Below, piece by piece: positions 1 to 12,815 of a DNA stretch of 64,000 nucleotides. This DNA is from Camelus ferus (lineage: Eukaryota), in NCBI RefSeq assembly GCF_009834535.1, contig NC_045697.1:85004001-85068000 (forward strand), read 5' to 3'. The stretch's first letter is position 1; every line of letters starts with the position of its first letter. The position numbers were made by a program, and so were the translations under genes. The notes under the pieces were generated by a model. That model saw only the letters and a list, made by a program, of their open reading frames with translations, had not been told where the DNA came from and searched no databases.

Positions 1-296
1 AGCAGGAATTCCCCACTGCCTCCTAGCTCGCTGCTCTGGGAATCAGTGAGTGTACTGTGAATTCATTATACATATAGTATTAAGGTGACCATAATTCTGT
101 TTCGACTGAAATAGACCAAGTGCATGCCTTTCATCACAATGTCCTGTTAGTTTAGCAAGATTTAAAAAAAACTTTTAACCAAATATTACTATTGAAACTG
201 CCTTAAAATAGACCAGGGTGGGTTTAATGGACTTCTTTACCCACCCAGCTTCTACAAGGACTTGTTTAGCAAAGTACAGTTAAATCTTTAACATAC

Positions 297-477
297 CGTT
301 AAATCTGGAAGTTGATCATAAATACATCTCTCGTTTTCCAACTTTTATCAAATTCAACATAAGTGTAATTAACACTTCCCTTGTATGAAGAGCATGTGGG
401 ACACTTGCTATTAAAGTGAATAGCGCTCAGGCACAAACTAATTCCTGGGAGTACTAATTCCATGCTGTCCCACTTAG
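297..477 (-). other. Candidate spliced exon (181 nt) of an unidentified minus-strand transcript
   Basis: Minus strand has a long polypyrimidine tract, CTGAC branch-like motif and CAG acceptor (480-478), and a donor ACG|GTATGT at 297/296. No frame is fully open; the best frame stops 2 nt before the donor. Confidence 0.3.
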
Positions 478-1489
478 CTGTGCCGTTAGAGAAGCAAAAG
501 TCAGTCCAGAAGATGAGAAACATGGAAAAGAAAAGTAAGAGGTTTGTGAACTAAGTGAGGGGTGGAGGACTTCCATGTAGCAGATAGAGAGTATGCTCGC
601 TATTTGTGGATGCCGTTTATTTACAGAGTAATCTATTTAGCTATTGTGTTGTTTGTTAATTTTTTTGTTATTCATGAAATGCCTCAGCAACAATGATCTC
701 AAAAAGGGAACATGTTTAGTAGAAAAATTAAGTACTGAGTTTCTCTTTTTTACAAAGCTTAATTATGAACATGTAATTCATGCAGCTTACCAACACCTCA
801 CATCTATCAGGGACTATGCTAATATAATATCCCTGACCACAGAAAAATCAGGAGATACAAATCTGCTGAAAAAATATCAGTAAATGCTTCAAAAGTTAGT
901 AGTTCTTTCTAAAACACTGTGCCCAAAGAGAACTATTCAACATGGTCAGACAAAGAAAGTGCTTTTATATATCATTTGGTGGAACATTTTAATTTTTTTC
1001 CATATAGAACAAATGACAATTCTTCTAAGTAAATTCCATGTCTTTTTTCATTACAAGTTTTTTTGTGCATATATAAAATGTGAAGTAATAGTTAATAGTT
1101 GTCTCTAGTAATAGGAGAACGTGCCAAACATAAATATCAACTTTCTATCAGTATATTCAGATACTTCAAAGAGAAAATTAAGTCCAACCATGGTTCAATT
1201 ACTTTTAACCCAATTCTTAACAATCAAAGCAAAATTTTGGAAGATTATTCTGTTTAGCTAAACAATCTGACATAACTGTGCATTCAACCAACATGCTCAA
1301 TTTTGAAGAAAATAAAATGCGCTTTGCTGTGAGCATACAAATTCACATTTGGATGGAGTACACTGTCATGGAAAAAACAATGTTCTGCTACATTAAGAAA
1401 CAAGTGGACAAGAATATGCTTGAGATTGGTTATGATGCACATATAATTTATACTTGCATCCACTACAGCTGAGATATTCTACTGATCAA

Positions 1490-2939
1490 AATAGAAGTTG
1501 AAGTATGAAACCACAAAAGACCCCAAGGAGACAAAGAAATTGTGAGAAAGAAGGCCAAAGCTGGAGGCATCACACTATCTGATTTCAAACTATGCACTAC
1601 AAAGCTGTAATAATTAAAACAGTATGGTACTGGCATAAAAATAGAAACATACACCAATAGAAGATCAAGGGACCAGAAAAAACTCCCTTATATGGTGAAC
1701 TAATATTTTATAAGACAGCCACGAACAGTCAATGGGGAAAGGACAGTTTCTTTAACAAATGGTATTGGGAAAACTAGATAACCACATGCAGAAAAATGAA
1801 ATCAACATCTTACATGGCTTACAAAAATTAACTCTAACTGGATTAAAGATGTAAACGTAAGACCTGAAACTATAATACTGCTATAAGAAAACAGAGGAAA
1901 AAGCTCCTTGCATTGGTTTTGGCAGTGACTTTTGAATGTGACACCAAAAGCATGAGCAACAAAAGCAAAAATTAGTAAGTGGGACTACATCAAACGGAAA
2001 AGCTTTTGTATAGCAAAAGACACCAAAATGAAAAGACAACCTACGAAATGGAAAAGGATACTTTCAAACCATATATCTGATGTATAAATAACTCATATAA
2101 CTCAGTAACAACAACAAAAATCCAATTAAGAAATAGGCAGAGGAACTGAACAGACATTTTCCCGAAGAAGACATCCACATGGCCAACAAGTACACAAAAA
2201 GATGCTCAACATCCATAATCAGGGAAATGCAAATCAAATCCACAATATCACAAAACCACAGATATCACTCTTACCTGTTAAGGTGGCTGTCATCCAAAAG
2301 GAAAGAGATAACAAATGTTGGCAACAAAGTGGAGGAAGAGGAACCCTTATGCACTGTTGGGGGAAATGTAAATTGGTGCAGCCACTATGAAAAACAGTAT
2401 GAAGTTTCCTCAAAAAATTTAAAAATAGAACTACTCTACAGGGCATTATGCTAAGTGAAATAAATCAAACAGAGAAAGACAAGTAATTTATGATGTCACT
2501 TATATATACGTTGAATCTAAAATAGCCCAACTCATAGAAACAGGGAGTAGAATGTTGGTCACTAGGGCCTGGGGGGTGTGGGAATTGAGGAGATATTGGG
2601 TCAAATGGCACAAACTTCCAGTTAGAAGTTCTGGGGATCTAATACACAGCATTATTAATATAGTTAACAATCCTGTATTATATACTTCAAAGTTGATGAG
2701 ACCCTAGATTTTAAATGTTCTCACCATGAAAAATAAATGACAATTATGTGACATCATTAAAGTGTTAGGTAATGCTGTGGTGGTAATCATACATGTGTAT
2801 GAAAGCAATACAGTTATACACCTTAAACTTACACAGTGTTATACGTCAGTAAATAATACAGTATCATTACACAGTTCCAACATATTATACAATTACATCT
2901 CAATAAAGGTGGAAAAAACTAGAGGTTGTAAATGGGGAA
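1490..2939 (+). mobile_element. 5'-truncated LINE-1 (ORF2 C-terminal region plus L1MA9-like 3'UTR), internally deleted near 2437
   Basis: Typical L1 motifs AAAGCTGGAGGCATCACACT, GGGACTACATCAAAC and CACTGTTGGGGGAAATGTAAATTGGTGCAGCCACT; degenerate ORF2 peptide ([13 protein letters not shown]); ends in CTCAATAAAG plus an A-run. Confidence 0.92.
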
Positions 2940-5299
2940 ATTTAGGAAGTATTACATATAAACAGAGTTAGGATACCTGAATAACAATTTTTTAAGTCAA
3001 AGCTGAGTTTGAGTTAATTATCATACACCAGTATGATAGTGTACACTTTATGTGCTCCCCGTCATCACTTACATTTTAGAAATGTGTATGCTTTAGAAGA
3101 ACTATTTTGCAAATAATAGTATTTGTCTTTTTTTGTAAGCAAATTCTCTAAAGTTTGTTTGCATTTTTTCAAATCAGAAATTTTTAACAAAAACCTTCAG
3201 CAAATGGAGTGCTAAGGATTTACCTTTTGAAGCTTTTGTTAAATTGCAGTTACTAAAAAACATACTTGAAAACAGGATCATTTTAAAAAATTTTATTATA
3301 AAAGATCAACTGAGCAAATTATAAGCTTACACTATGTTGTTAGATTTAATTTTGAAATTTTATAATTGTGCTTTGGAATATTTCAACTTAGGAAAAGAAT
3401 ATGTTGATGGAGCTTTAAGTTTTAATTTGATAGATTTCTATTCTGTACAGCAAGAAATAAAATTAAGAAGGTCTAAAATATTATAGCAATTATGATTTCA
3501 AACGAGCCATGAGTAGAGAGAACCAATTTAATGAATTTCATCTTGTAAAATCTCTCTCAAAGAAAGATACTCCATTCTCTGCAGTGCCCCCCAGATCAAT
3601 ATTAACCTCCTTTACCAGAATTTTCTCTGATTATTTAGAAGAATATATTTTTCAATGAGAAATATTACAGTTTATAGAAAGGAAAGGCAATGAATTTTGT
3701 TACCAATTTAAAATGTATTGACCACAGTGTACTTCTTTCAAAAATACTAAAGGCATTTTTATGAAAAATGTAACTGCATGGACAGATGCAAATAAAACCA
3801 TAGTTAAAGGCATCTAGCAGCTGCATAGCATTTCAATACCCACTTATTTCTGATGTTTTAATTGTCTTTTAAAATCCCCAAAATAGCTATGAATCCTTGC
3901 CAATGAGGAAAAACAAAATAAGAGAATAAAGGAATAGAAATTTGTTTTTATAGCCAAAGTTATATAAGTAACAGAAAAGGCTTTTTCAAATACACTAATA
4001 GTGACCCTATGCCTGAAGCCCAAACTAAACACACTATCCCTATCTACCCAGTTTTCACCCCTGGAATCCTACATGTGCCTATAATTAGAGAAAATCTCCC
4101 AACATGTCCCCCACAAAATTAAACTAATAGGAAACATGAGGTGACTTTATTTGAGGTTTGAATATGCAAACTTCAGAGCATCATGATATCCATAAGTGAC
4201 TCTTCCTAATGAAACATTCTTTAATGTTGGCTGCCAGATAAACCACTGCATATTGTTCTTTCTCTCTCTCTCTCTCTTTTTTTTTTTTTTTTTGGGGCAT
4301 GGTTTTTTTTTTTTAAACATGTTTTTTTATGAGCAGTATGAAGGCTAAATAGATTTTTAAAGCACTTTGTTTAATGAGTACATTGGCAATTCTCAATTTT
4401 TAAAAAGTTGCCAATCAAATATGGAGTTAATGTTTCCTCCATCACAGAACTGACATTAGAATACTGAGCTTAAAAAGCTGGATAATTTTTTAATGCCATT
4501 TCCAATAGATGGCATTAAGAGCAGTGGAATAAGTTAGAGTTTATACTTAAAGTATAAAATGTTAACATTCTATATGTAGTACTGTTTTCAAGTGGTTCAG
4601 TTGTATCAAAAACAGACTCTTTTTTTAATGTTTTTATTTGTCTAAAAGTATGAAATATATAAATGCACTCAGTGAAGAAAGGAGAGCATAGGTTTGTACC
4701 TAAAACTCCTATGAATTCATTACTGTGTAATGAAACTGTGAGAAATCATTACAAATTCCTCACATTTTAGGATTTAGTAATTATACTCTATTTAGGAAAA
4801 AAGTAGCTGCTGCTTCTTGAGAAGTAAACAAAACAGGTTAGACAGCTGGAAAACAGGATAACTTCGAAGTCTGGAAGAGTCTTGAGGCAATGAGGAGCAA
4901 ACCAGGAGTTGGCCCATTATGAAACCTGCTAAGTTCTAGATTTAGAAAGTCTTCTTTCTGCTTGTTATTGATGTTTATCCTCAAGGTTATTTTTTTCCTT
5001 CCACCCAATTTTACTTACGTTTTTCATTTATGATCACAAAACAAAATGTGACTATGTGGTAAAGTATTAGACAAGGGCAATTTTAATAATATTTAGAAGG
5101 GTACAATTAAATTTGGGTACCAGATGAGGTATGTATAATAAAAGACAGCACACAAAAAAATTTTAAAACATTTAAAAAAACATATGCAGATGGTTATATA
5201 GATACATCATTCAAACAAATTTATACTCAGAAAATTATGTTACTCAAGAAAGGGAGGAAAAGTTGTTAGATTTCTGTAGGTTACTAGAAGGCATTTAAA

Positions 5300-7600
5300 T
5301 TCAAATATTTCCAGCTATCCTCCCCAAACTGCAGAAAACTTCATATTACATCTAAAAATAAACACCTAAATTCAGGAAGCCATCTCTGGGACCCACTCAC
5401 ACCAGATCAAAAAATCAGTAAAGATTGTGTAGGAAAGAGGAGAGGAAAGTGAAAGACCTACCAAACATAGATAAGGTCATACCCAGAGAGAGTACCATCC
5501 TGAGTGGGTTCCTAAAACAAGACTAAGACTTTGTAAATCAGAACACTTGGTATTGTTGTTCGAAAGAAAGGAAATAAAGAGAATTCAACAAGAAGTCTGG
5601 AGAGCAATGGAGTACTTGGAAGGAGATGCCAACCCTCAAGAGATTGTGTAACAAAGGGGAAAAAAGGCAAAATGTGGAAACTACATATCCTGAAGAAACA
5701 AAAGAAAATAACAAGACAGACACATAATATCTGTCCTCTTCCTATCCTATAAAAAGATGCCATCTATTAAAGAATATACAATTCACCAAACTAACAGAAG
5801 AGAGTATTCTTGATTGAAGAGTCATAGTACACCAAACAAAACCTTCCCTCTGGTTTGCTCACAATCTTGTTGCTAATATAGGAAAATAAGACTTTATGAA
5901 CTAAACAGATAATGCCAGATCATATTCATGCAAAATTATTATAGAAAGAATGCAGAAACTGGGAAACAAAACATTTTAGCTGATAAGAATTATAATCTCA
6001 ATACCAACACAAGGACAAAAGAAAGTTAAAACATAACATCAAAAACTGAATCAAGGTAGTTGAACAAGAATTATCAAACATGAGTAAAGGCTGAAGTCAG
6101 ATATTCAAAAAGTTAGAAAAGACATGAACCAAATAACCCATGTAAATGGCAAATAAATGTTGATTGAATTCAGGAAAAGGAACAGTAGGAAAAAAAATCT
6201 AAAAAATATATACTGAATTACTGGATGCTCAGGGCAGAATATACTTGATTGAAGAATATAAGCAGAGTTTTTAAGGAAAGTCATGAAAACAGGCAAGATA
6301 ATGACAATAAAATAAAGGAAGACGTAAAATTATTTGAGAAAAATGTGATTGGTATAGAAGATAAGACGAAGGTCCAATCCTCATACAGCTGAAATATCTG
6401 AGGAAGAAAAGCATAAAGATATAACTAATATTTAAAACTGTAATTTAGGAAAAATTTCCAGAAATAAGTAAAAGTATGAATCTAGAGATTTAAAAGTTCA
6501 ATCATGTATTTGGAAAATTGACCAAAAATAGTCAACTGGAGACTTTAAAGACAAATAAAATAGCTAGGATCTTCAGGCAAAAAGACCAAGTCACTTACAA
6601 ATAAAAAGAAAATCATATTGGCGTAAGACAGCAACATTCAAATCAAAACAAGTGTAAAAATATTTAAAAAATCCTCAAGAAAATAATTAATTTAGGATTT
6701 CATATCCAATCTGTCCTTCCATGGTCACGGGTATAGAAAACCAGTTTTAAATATGTAAGAACTCAAAGAAAACTAATCATAAGCCCATTCTTATAAACCT
6801 ACTAGGAGACAAGCTTCATTCAAACCCAAGATAACTAGAGAAACTTTGGCAAAAGGACCATTGGTGACTATTAAACATGATTAATTGTAAATAGAGGAGT
6901 AGAAGAAAGGTAAGAGAAATGTTATATCCTCTCACAAAGTTAAAATGCTGCAACTAAAAATATGGGAGGAGAGGAAAGGAAGTAAAATAATCTTACTATG
7001 TAAACATTAGGTGGGAGTCAAAAAGTTTCATAAAGCTGATAATCCAAATAATAGAAGGTAAAATAAGAAAAAGGGTACATATGTATGTACACATATACAC
7101 AAATAGATACGTATTTGTTAATTAAAACACACACACACATATATGGAGAGACAGAGACAGAGAACAGAGGGACAGGATACAAAATACAAAGAAATAGACC
7201 ACTTGGGAATCATAGTAAATATAACATAAAATAATATGATACAGTTGAGACCAAATTAGTCATATCAATAAATGTAAATAGGCTTAACTCATTCATAAGA
7301 AATATTTTCAGATGTCTCACAAAGCAAGTCACAATTCCGCACTGTATGTAAGATTCATACCTGAAATAAAATAATTCAGAAAGTCTATAAATAAAAGGAC
7401 CAGCAAAGGTAAACCAGGCAGTTGGAAACAGGATCTGTGATTCAAATGTCAGATAATCTAGATAATCAAGATACAGGTTTGAAGACTAAATATAAAAGAG
7501 AGTACTTTCAATGTTGAAATCCATAATCCACAATGAAAGCATGACAATTATGTGTATTTATGAGTAACATTATATGAAAACACCTTCAAAAAGGAGGCAG
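5300..7600 (+). mobile_element. Ancient L1 (L1M) 5' region: ORF1 remnant and start of ORF2 endonuclease
   Basis: A-rich strand bias; ORF1-like segment at 6350-6780 (GGAAAAATTTCCAGAAATAAG ... CAGGCAAAAAGACCAAGTCACTTACAA); EN-start-like AATAAATGTAAATAGGCTTAACTC at ~7267. Confidence 0.7.
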
Positions 7601-7609
7601 AGGTAACCT

Positions 7610-8460
7610 AATAAGAAACTATCACTATCTTCAAGAGAATAAGGTGACAAACCACAGACTGGGAAAAAATATTTTCGAAAGACATGTCTGATAAAGGACT
7701 ATTATAAAAAATATACAAAGAACTCTTAAAACTCAACAAAAAGAAAAAAAACAACTAGATTTAAAAATGGAGTGTCAGAAGGCATAAATTTGGGAGTTTG
7801 AGATTTGCAAATGTTAGCCACTATATATATTTTAAAAAACCCAAATTTATTCTGTATATAGGGAACTATATTCAATATCTTGTAATAACCGTTAATGAAA
7901 AAGAACATGAAAACAAATACATGTATGTATATGCATGACTGGGACATTGTGCTGTACACCAGAAATTGACACATTGTAACTGACTATACTTCAGTTAAAA
8001 AAAAATGGACCAAAGACCTTAAGAGACATGACTCCAAAGAAGATATACAGATGACAAATAAGCATATTGAAAGAGGCTCCACATCCTGTTATCCCAAAAA
8101 TGCAAATTAAAAGAAACAACAAGATACCACTACACACCAATTATAATGGCCAATGTCCAGAGCACTAACAGCACCAAATGTTGGTGAGAATGTGGAGCAA
8201 TAGGGACTCTCATTTCTTGCTGGTGGGGATGCAAAATGGTACAGCCACATTGGAAGACAGTTTGTTAGTTTCTCACAAACCTAAAAATATGGTTACCATA
8301 TGATCTAGCAATTGCTCTCTTGGTATTTACCCAAAGGAGTTGGAAAACTTACGTTCATACAAAACCTGCACACAGATGTTCATAGCAGCTATGACCTTCC
8401 CTTCAATTTTGCTGTGAATCTAAACCTTCTTTACAAATATAAAATCTTAATTTAAAGAAT
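7610..8460 (+). mobile_element. L1 ORF2 3' fragment nested in the ancient L1
   Basis: CACAGACTGGGAAAAAATATTTTC, GATACCACTACACACC and TTGGAAGACAGTTTG...CCATATGATCTAGCAATTGCTCTCTTGGTATTTACCC are ORF2 C-terminal motifs. Confidence 0.85.
7772..8000 (+). mobile_element. Young artiodactyl/camelid-type L1 3' end inserted into the older L1, with 9-bp TSD
   Basis: TSD AAAAATGGA at 7763-7771 and 8001-8009 at a TT/AAAA site; 3'UTR motifs GGGAACTATATTCAATATCTTGTAATAACC and GCTGTACACCAGAAATTGACACATTGTAACTGACTATACTTC; A-tail. Confidence 0.85.
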
Positions 8461-8830
8461 TATATCAATTCAAGACAAGTGAAATGTACAAGGAATCTGA
8501 ATATAGAATAACTAAACAATGTACTAATGGAGGTAGATCTTATAGCAATATTATGAATTTTATGCCTTCATATCAGGTTATTAGATACTGTCTTCCTATC
8601 AAGCACCTATGGAATATTAAAAACAACAACAACAATAACAAGCCATATATTGGTCACAATGAAAATATCAAGTTCCATAGAATAGAAATGATAAAAGTCT
8701 TTTTCTAATCACAATGCAATAAAACTAGAAATTAATTACAAAAACTTTGTAAATGACAATGTAAATGGAAATAAAAATGTTCACTTGGGTTTGAAAGGAA
8801 ATTCATAAATATGCAATTTTTTTTAAAGTT
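8461..8830 (+). mobile_element. Continuation of ancient L1 endonuclease region
   Basis: AGCCATATATTGGTCACAA and TCTAATCACAATGCAATAAAACTAGAAATTAA resemble the DHILGH and SDHNAIKLEI motifs of L1 EN. Confidence 0.7.
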
Positions 8831-8839
8831 AGTATTACC

Positions 8840-9277
8840 ATAGGAGGTCAAACCCTAGAGTGACCCTAATCTTCTCTTCCGGCTCTGTAAAATCTCCTTC
8901 CCCTTGTGACTGGGTGGGAACTGTGACTTGCTTTTAACCAGTAGCGTATAGCAAAGCTGATGAAATTCCACTCCCTTAGGCTAGATCATATAACAAATGT
9001 GATGGGGTACTACTCCTCCAATTAGGTTTTATATTACATTATTATACAACACTATCTTAGCCTGCTGGAAAGAGACTTCCCTTCCTTGTTAGCTTGAAAA
9101 GGATGTTGCCCTGCTGTGAGGGCTTATGGAGATAGCCACATATCCAAAAAATTAAAATAAAAATAAAACTATAGGCAGCCTCTTAGAGCAGAGAGTAATT
9201 CCCAGCTAATAGCCAGCAGGAGAACAGGACCTCAATCCTATAATCTCAAGGCAATGAATTCTGGCAATTACCTGAGG
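8840..9277 (+). mobile_element. MaLR LTR (MLT1E/F-like)
   Basis: CTGTGACTTGCTTTTAACCAGTAG...GCAAAGCTGATG and AGCCAGCAGGAGAACAGGACCTCAATCC...GAATTCTGGCAATTACCTGAG match MLT1 motifs. Confidence 0.75.
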
Positions 9278-9369
9278 GAAGAAAGGACGAAATGGAAGGA
9301 GAGAGGGAGAAGAGGGAGGAAGGAAAAAGAGGAAAGAGAAAAGAAAGAAGAAAAATTGGAGAAAGAAAC

Positions 9370-10160
9370 TCCTTCCCTTAGAAGTTAACATATATATTGA
9401 AGCAGGGAAAAAAAAAAAGAATTAGAAAATTGCCATTTTGCAACAAACTTTGAGGAGATGCTAAAACCAGTGAATGAAAAGTTATTGGGGAACATACAGT
9501 CCCCTCTTAAGTATCACTCCACAAATTATTTATTAATTACAGAAGGAAAAAGGGAACGTCTGCAATGAGGAGATATGGCAATACCCCTTTAATCAAGTGA
9601 TCAAAATTGCCATCACTACTAATGAAGCAGACTGATGTCGTGTATCTCCAGATGTGATGTTCTGAGAAGGAGAGATTCCTGCCATTTATCCAACATCTAA
9701 TCATAAGGAAACAGTCAGGTCATTCTGTAAAATAACAGACCTGGACTCTTCCAAATCTCTCAGTGTCATGAAAGACCAAATAAAAGCAGAAGGAAAAAAA
9801 AGAATTTTTCTGGATTAAAAGAGACAAAAGGGACATAGAGACATGGCAACTAAAAGTAATTGTGTAATCATAAATTGAATGATGGATTAATTAAAAAATT
9901 AAAGCTGTTAAAGACATTTTGGGGCTTCTTTGGGAAATTTAAGTATTACATACACACTAGGAAATATTATTGTATTAATATTCATCACTTAGTGTAATAA
10001 TTGCAGGGGAAGGTCCTTGTTCCTAGGAGATTCATGTTGAAGTAGTTAGAAATGAAGTGTTGAAGCATTTGCAGCTTCTTCTCAAGTATTTTGGCCTAAA
10101 GAAGTGTGTGTGTGTATGTATATAATATAAAAGGAAAAGCACTTGTAACAACATTTAGGT
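9370..10160 (+). mobile_element. L1MC-like 3'UTR fragment
   Basis: AGAAAATTGCCATTTTGCAAC, TAATCAAGTGATCAAAATTGCCATCAC and GAGACATGGCAACTAAAAGTAA. Confidence 0.7.
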
Positions 10161-10229
10161 GGAGGGTGAGGTTCATCTGGATATGAACAGAGGAACTATG
10201 GTGCCCACTTCAAATCCTTAAAATAAACC

Positions 10230-10620
10230 CAAGTTTTTTGGTTTAATCATGGTTATGAAAGTAATTCATTTTATTTGATATTTTGGAGGAAATATAGAAA
10301 ATATAGAAAAATTAAATTATCCATAATCCTGACACCCAGAGATAAACATTATTAATATTTTGGTGTAATCCCTTTCAGTCATTTTTTTTCTGTTTAAATA
10401 TATATATCATATGTATTGACTTTTCAGAACAAGGATCATAATTTATATTTTGTTTTTTACCTTAGTAGAGAAGGACACTTTTTCTATGTCATTTAGTAAT
10501 ATCCAAAACATGTGATTTTTTAAAATGGAGTATAGTTGATTTACAATATTATATTAGTTTCAGGTATACAAAACATATGACTTTAATGGTTATATAAAGT
10601 TATATCTTTGTTATTGGATC
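10230..10620 (-). mobile_element. L1ME-like 3' fragment with a short younger L1 3' end (~10517-10575)
   Basis: ATCCATAATCCTGACACCCAGAGATAAACATTATTAATATTTTGG; GAGTATAGTTGATTTACAATATTATATTAGTTTCAGGTATACA. Confidence 0.6.
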
Positions 10621-10649
10621 ATAATTTTACAGAATTTCTCCTCCTTGAT

Positions 10650-11700
10650 GAAATTCGTTCTCTTGGTGTCCAGATTGCCAGGCTCTCCTGGTTTTCCTCA
10701 TAACTCACTCTTCAGTTCTTCCTAATCTCCTCTATGAGATAACCCTCATATCACCAAGTTTTTAACATTGGAGTGGCTTAAGATTCAGCTTAGACTTCTA
10801 GCTTTGCTTTTTTGTTTACCCTCACTCTCTGGATAACCTCACTCAGGCTCATGGTTTTAAATACCATTTCCTTGCTAATATCTAAATGTATATCTTTAGT
10901 CCAAACCTTTCCTCTAAATGCCATCCAACTGTCTGTTTCAGTTGGATACATCAAATTTATGCCAAATTCAAATTTCTGACCTTCCCCCTGACTCAAACCA
11001 TTTTCTCCTATAGTTTTATACATCTCATTTAGTAACAATTATATTCTGCTGATATTCAGGACAAAAGCACCAGAGTCATTTAGACTCCTCTCTGTCTCTA
11101 CCCTATATCTGTATCTAATCTGCAAATTCTGTTAATTCCTCCTTCTAAACATATCCAGGATCTGTGTCCCCTTCTTACCAACCTCTCTGCTAATATCTTG
11201 GTCTGGAAAACCAACAGTTCTGGCTTGGATCATTGAATTTCCATCTGACTAGCATTTCTTATGTTCCTACTTTCTATTCAAAGTATAAAAGCCACAGTAA
11301 ATTTGTGAAATCATACGTGAGCTCATATTACTCCTCTATTCAGATTTCTCCAATAAATTCTATCTTATTTGGAGTAAAAAGTCAAAGTATTACAGTATCT
11401 TTAAAGGGGCCCCCCAATCTAGCTTCAGCTATTTTTCTGATCTCACTTAATTCTTCTTTCCCCTCCCTCACTGGCCATCTTACTGTTCCTCAAATAAATA
11501 TGCTCAAAACCTTCAGATTCTTAGACCTCCATGCCTGGAATGCTTTCCTCTCAGACAAAGGTACTTGGCAAGCTCCTTTCCTCCCTCTGGTCTTTAATCA
11601 AACATCACCTTCTTAGTGAGACCATCCTAACTATTGTATTTAAAGCTTTAACTTCTAACACAGCAATCACTACCCCTCTTTTCTACTTTTGTCCCCTTAT
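10650..11700 (+). mobile_element. LINE-2 fragment (RT region to 3' part)
   Basis: CTCTCCTGGTTTTCCTC and ACATTGGAGTGGCTTAAG...CTCATGGTTTTAAATACCAT (decayed GVPQG to YADD region); ATGCCTGGAATGCTTTCCTC. Confidence 0.8.
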
Positions 11701-12269
11701 TGGATATTTTTATTTTCTTTTTTTAAAAATAGTTTATGGAAATAGAACTACTCAGTCAAAGGTTATGCATATGTTAAAGTATTTGATATATAGTGCCAAA
11801 ATGATTTCTCAAAAGATAGCTCCAATGCCAAGACTTAAAAAAGACTGGTTCAATGCCAAGACTATTCTAATTATCAACATTAAATACTAACATTTTGAAG
11901 AAGTCTTTGCCGATCAGGCAAAAATAAGTAATGCATTTCACTTTTCATATTTTGATTACTGACCAGTATCATTCAATATTTTGATCATATAATGAAGCTT
12001 CCTTTAAGAACTAGGAAATTAGAAAGAAAAAAATTTCTCTCCATTTAGGGGGAAAAAAAAGAATCCTGACATCTTCCTCACATCCTCCACAAAAATCAGT
12101 TCCAGGTAGTTTGAAGATTTAAATGAAATGCTAAAACAGTAAAACTTCTTGAAGATAATATTGGAGAAGATCTTGAACTTTGTGTAGATAAAGCTTTTCC
12201 AAGTGAGACATATAGACAATTAATGTTCTGGATAATAAAGCATTGAAAATACCATAGCAAATCGTATTT

Positions 12270-12815
12270 TCCTGTTCAAAGACTTTTACATACCTATTGT
12301 ACTCAGTAGAGTCTAAACCTCGGTCTTGGTATCCGAAACTCTGGGATCTGTCTGCAAATTATATTTCTAAATCCATTTCACACCACTTACTTTTATACAT
12401 CTGTGCCTCGCAAAAAGCAGTTCTGTTCCCTTTTTTCTATTTGATCCATATTTTCCTGGATTTTGCTCAGTTTGTTTCATTTACTTTTGCTTTTCATCTC
12501 CATACAGCATAAAATGATGTACTTCAAGTTGCAACATCACTTCCTTCATTTCATAATTCAGGTCTCTTCAGATTCCCAGATGAAAGTGATCTTTCTCTTC
12601 TATGAACACTGAGAGCATTACATCAGAACTTTTCTTATATTTGCCTCCTTATGTCTTACATGTGTGCTTTATGTCGTTCCCAGCTAGAGGGAAAAAACTT
12701 TGAGTGTTACCATAGTCTCTTGTCTATTTTTACATCTTCCAAAGTGCCCACCATTGTAATATGGTGCCTTATACATAGTAAGTCCTGAATAAACAGTTGT
12801 ATTAATTAATTAATT
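12270..12815 (+). mobile_element. LINE-2 3' end
   Basis: Ends in GTGCCTTATACATAGTAAGTCCTGAATAAACAGTTGTATTAATTAATT, like an L2 3' tail. Confidence 0.6.

Noticed and set aside
5..14. Perfect NF-kB consensus GGAATTCCCC
   Set aside because: A single 10-mer at the window edge with no context.
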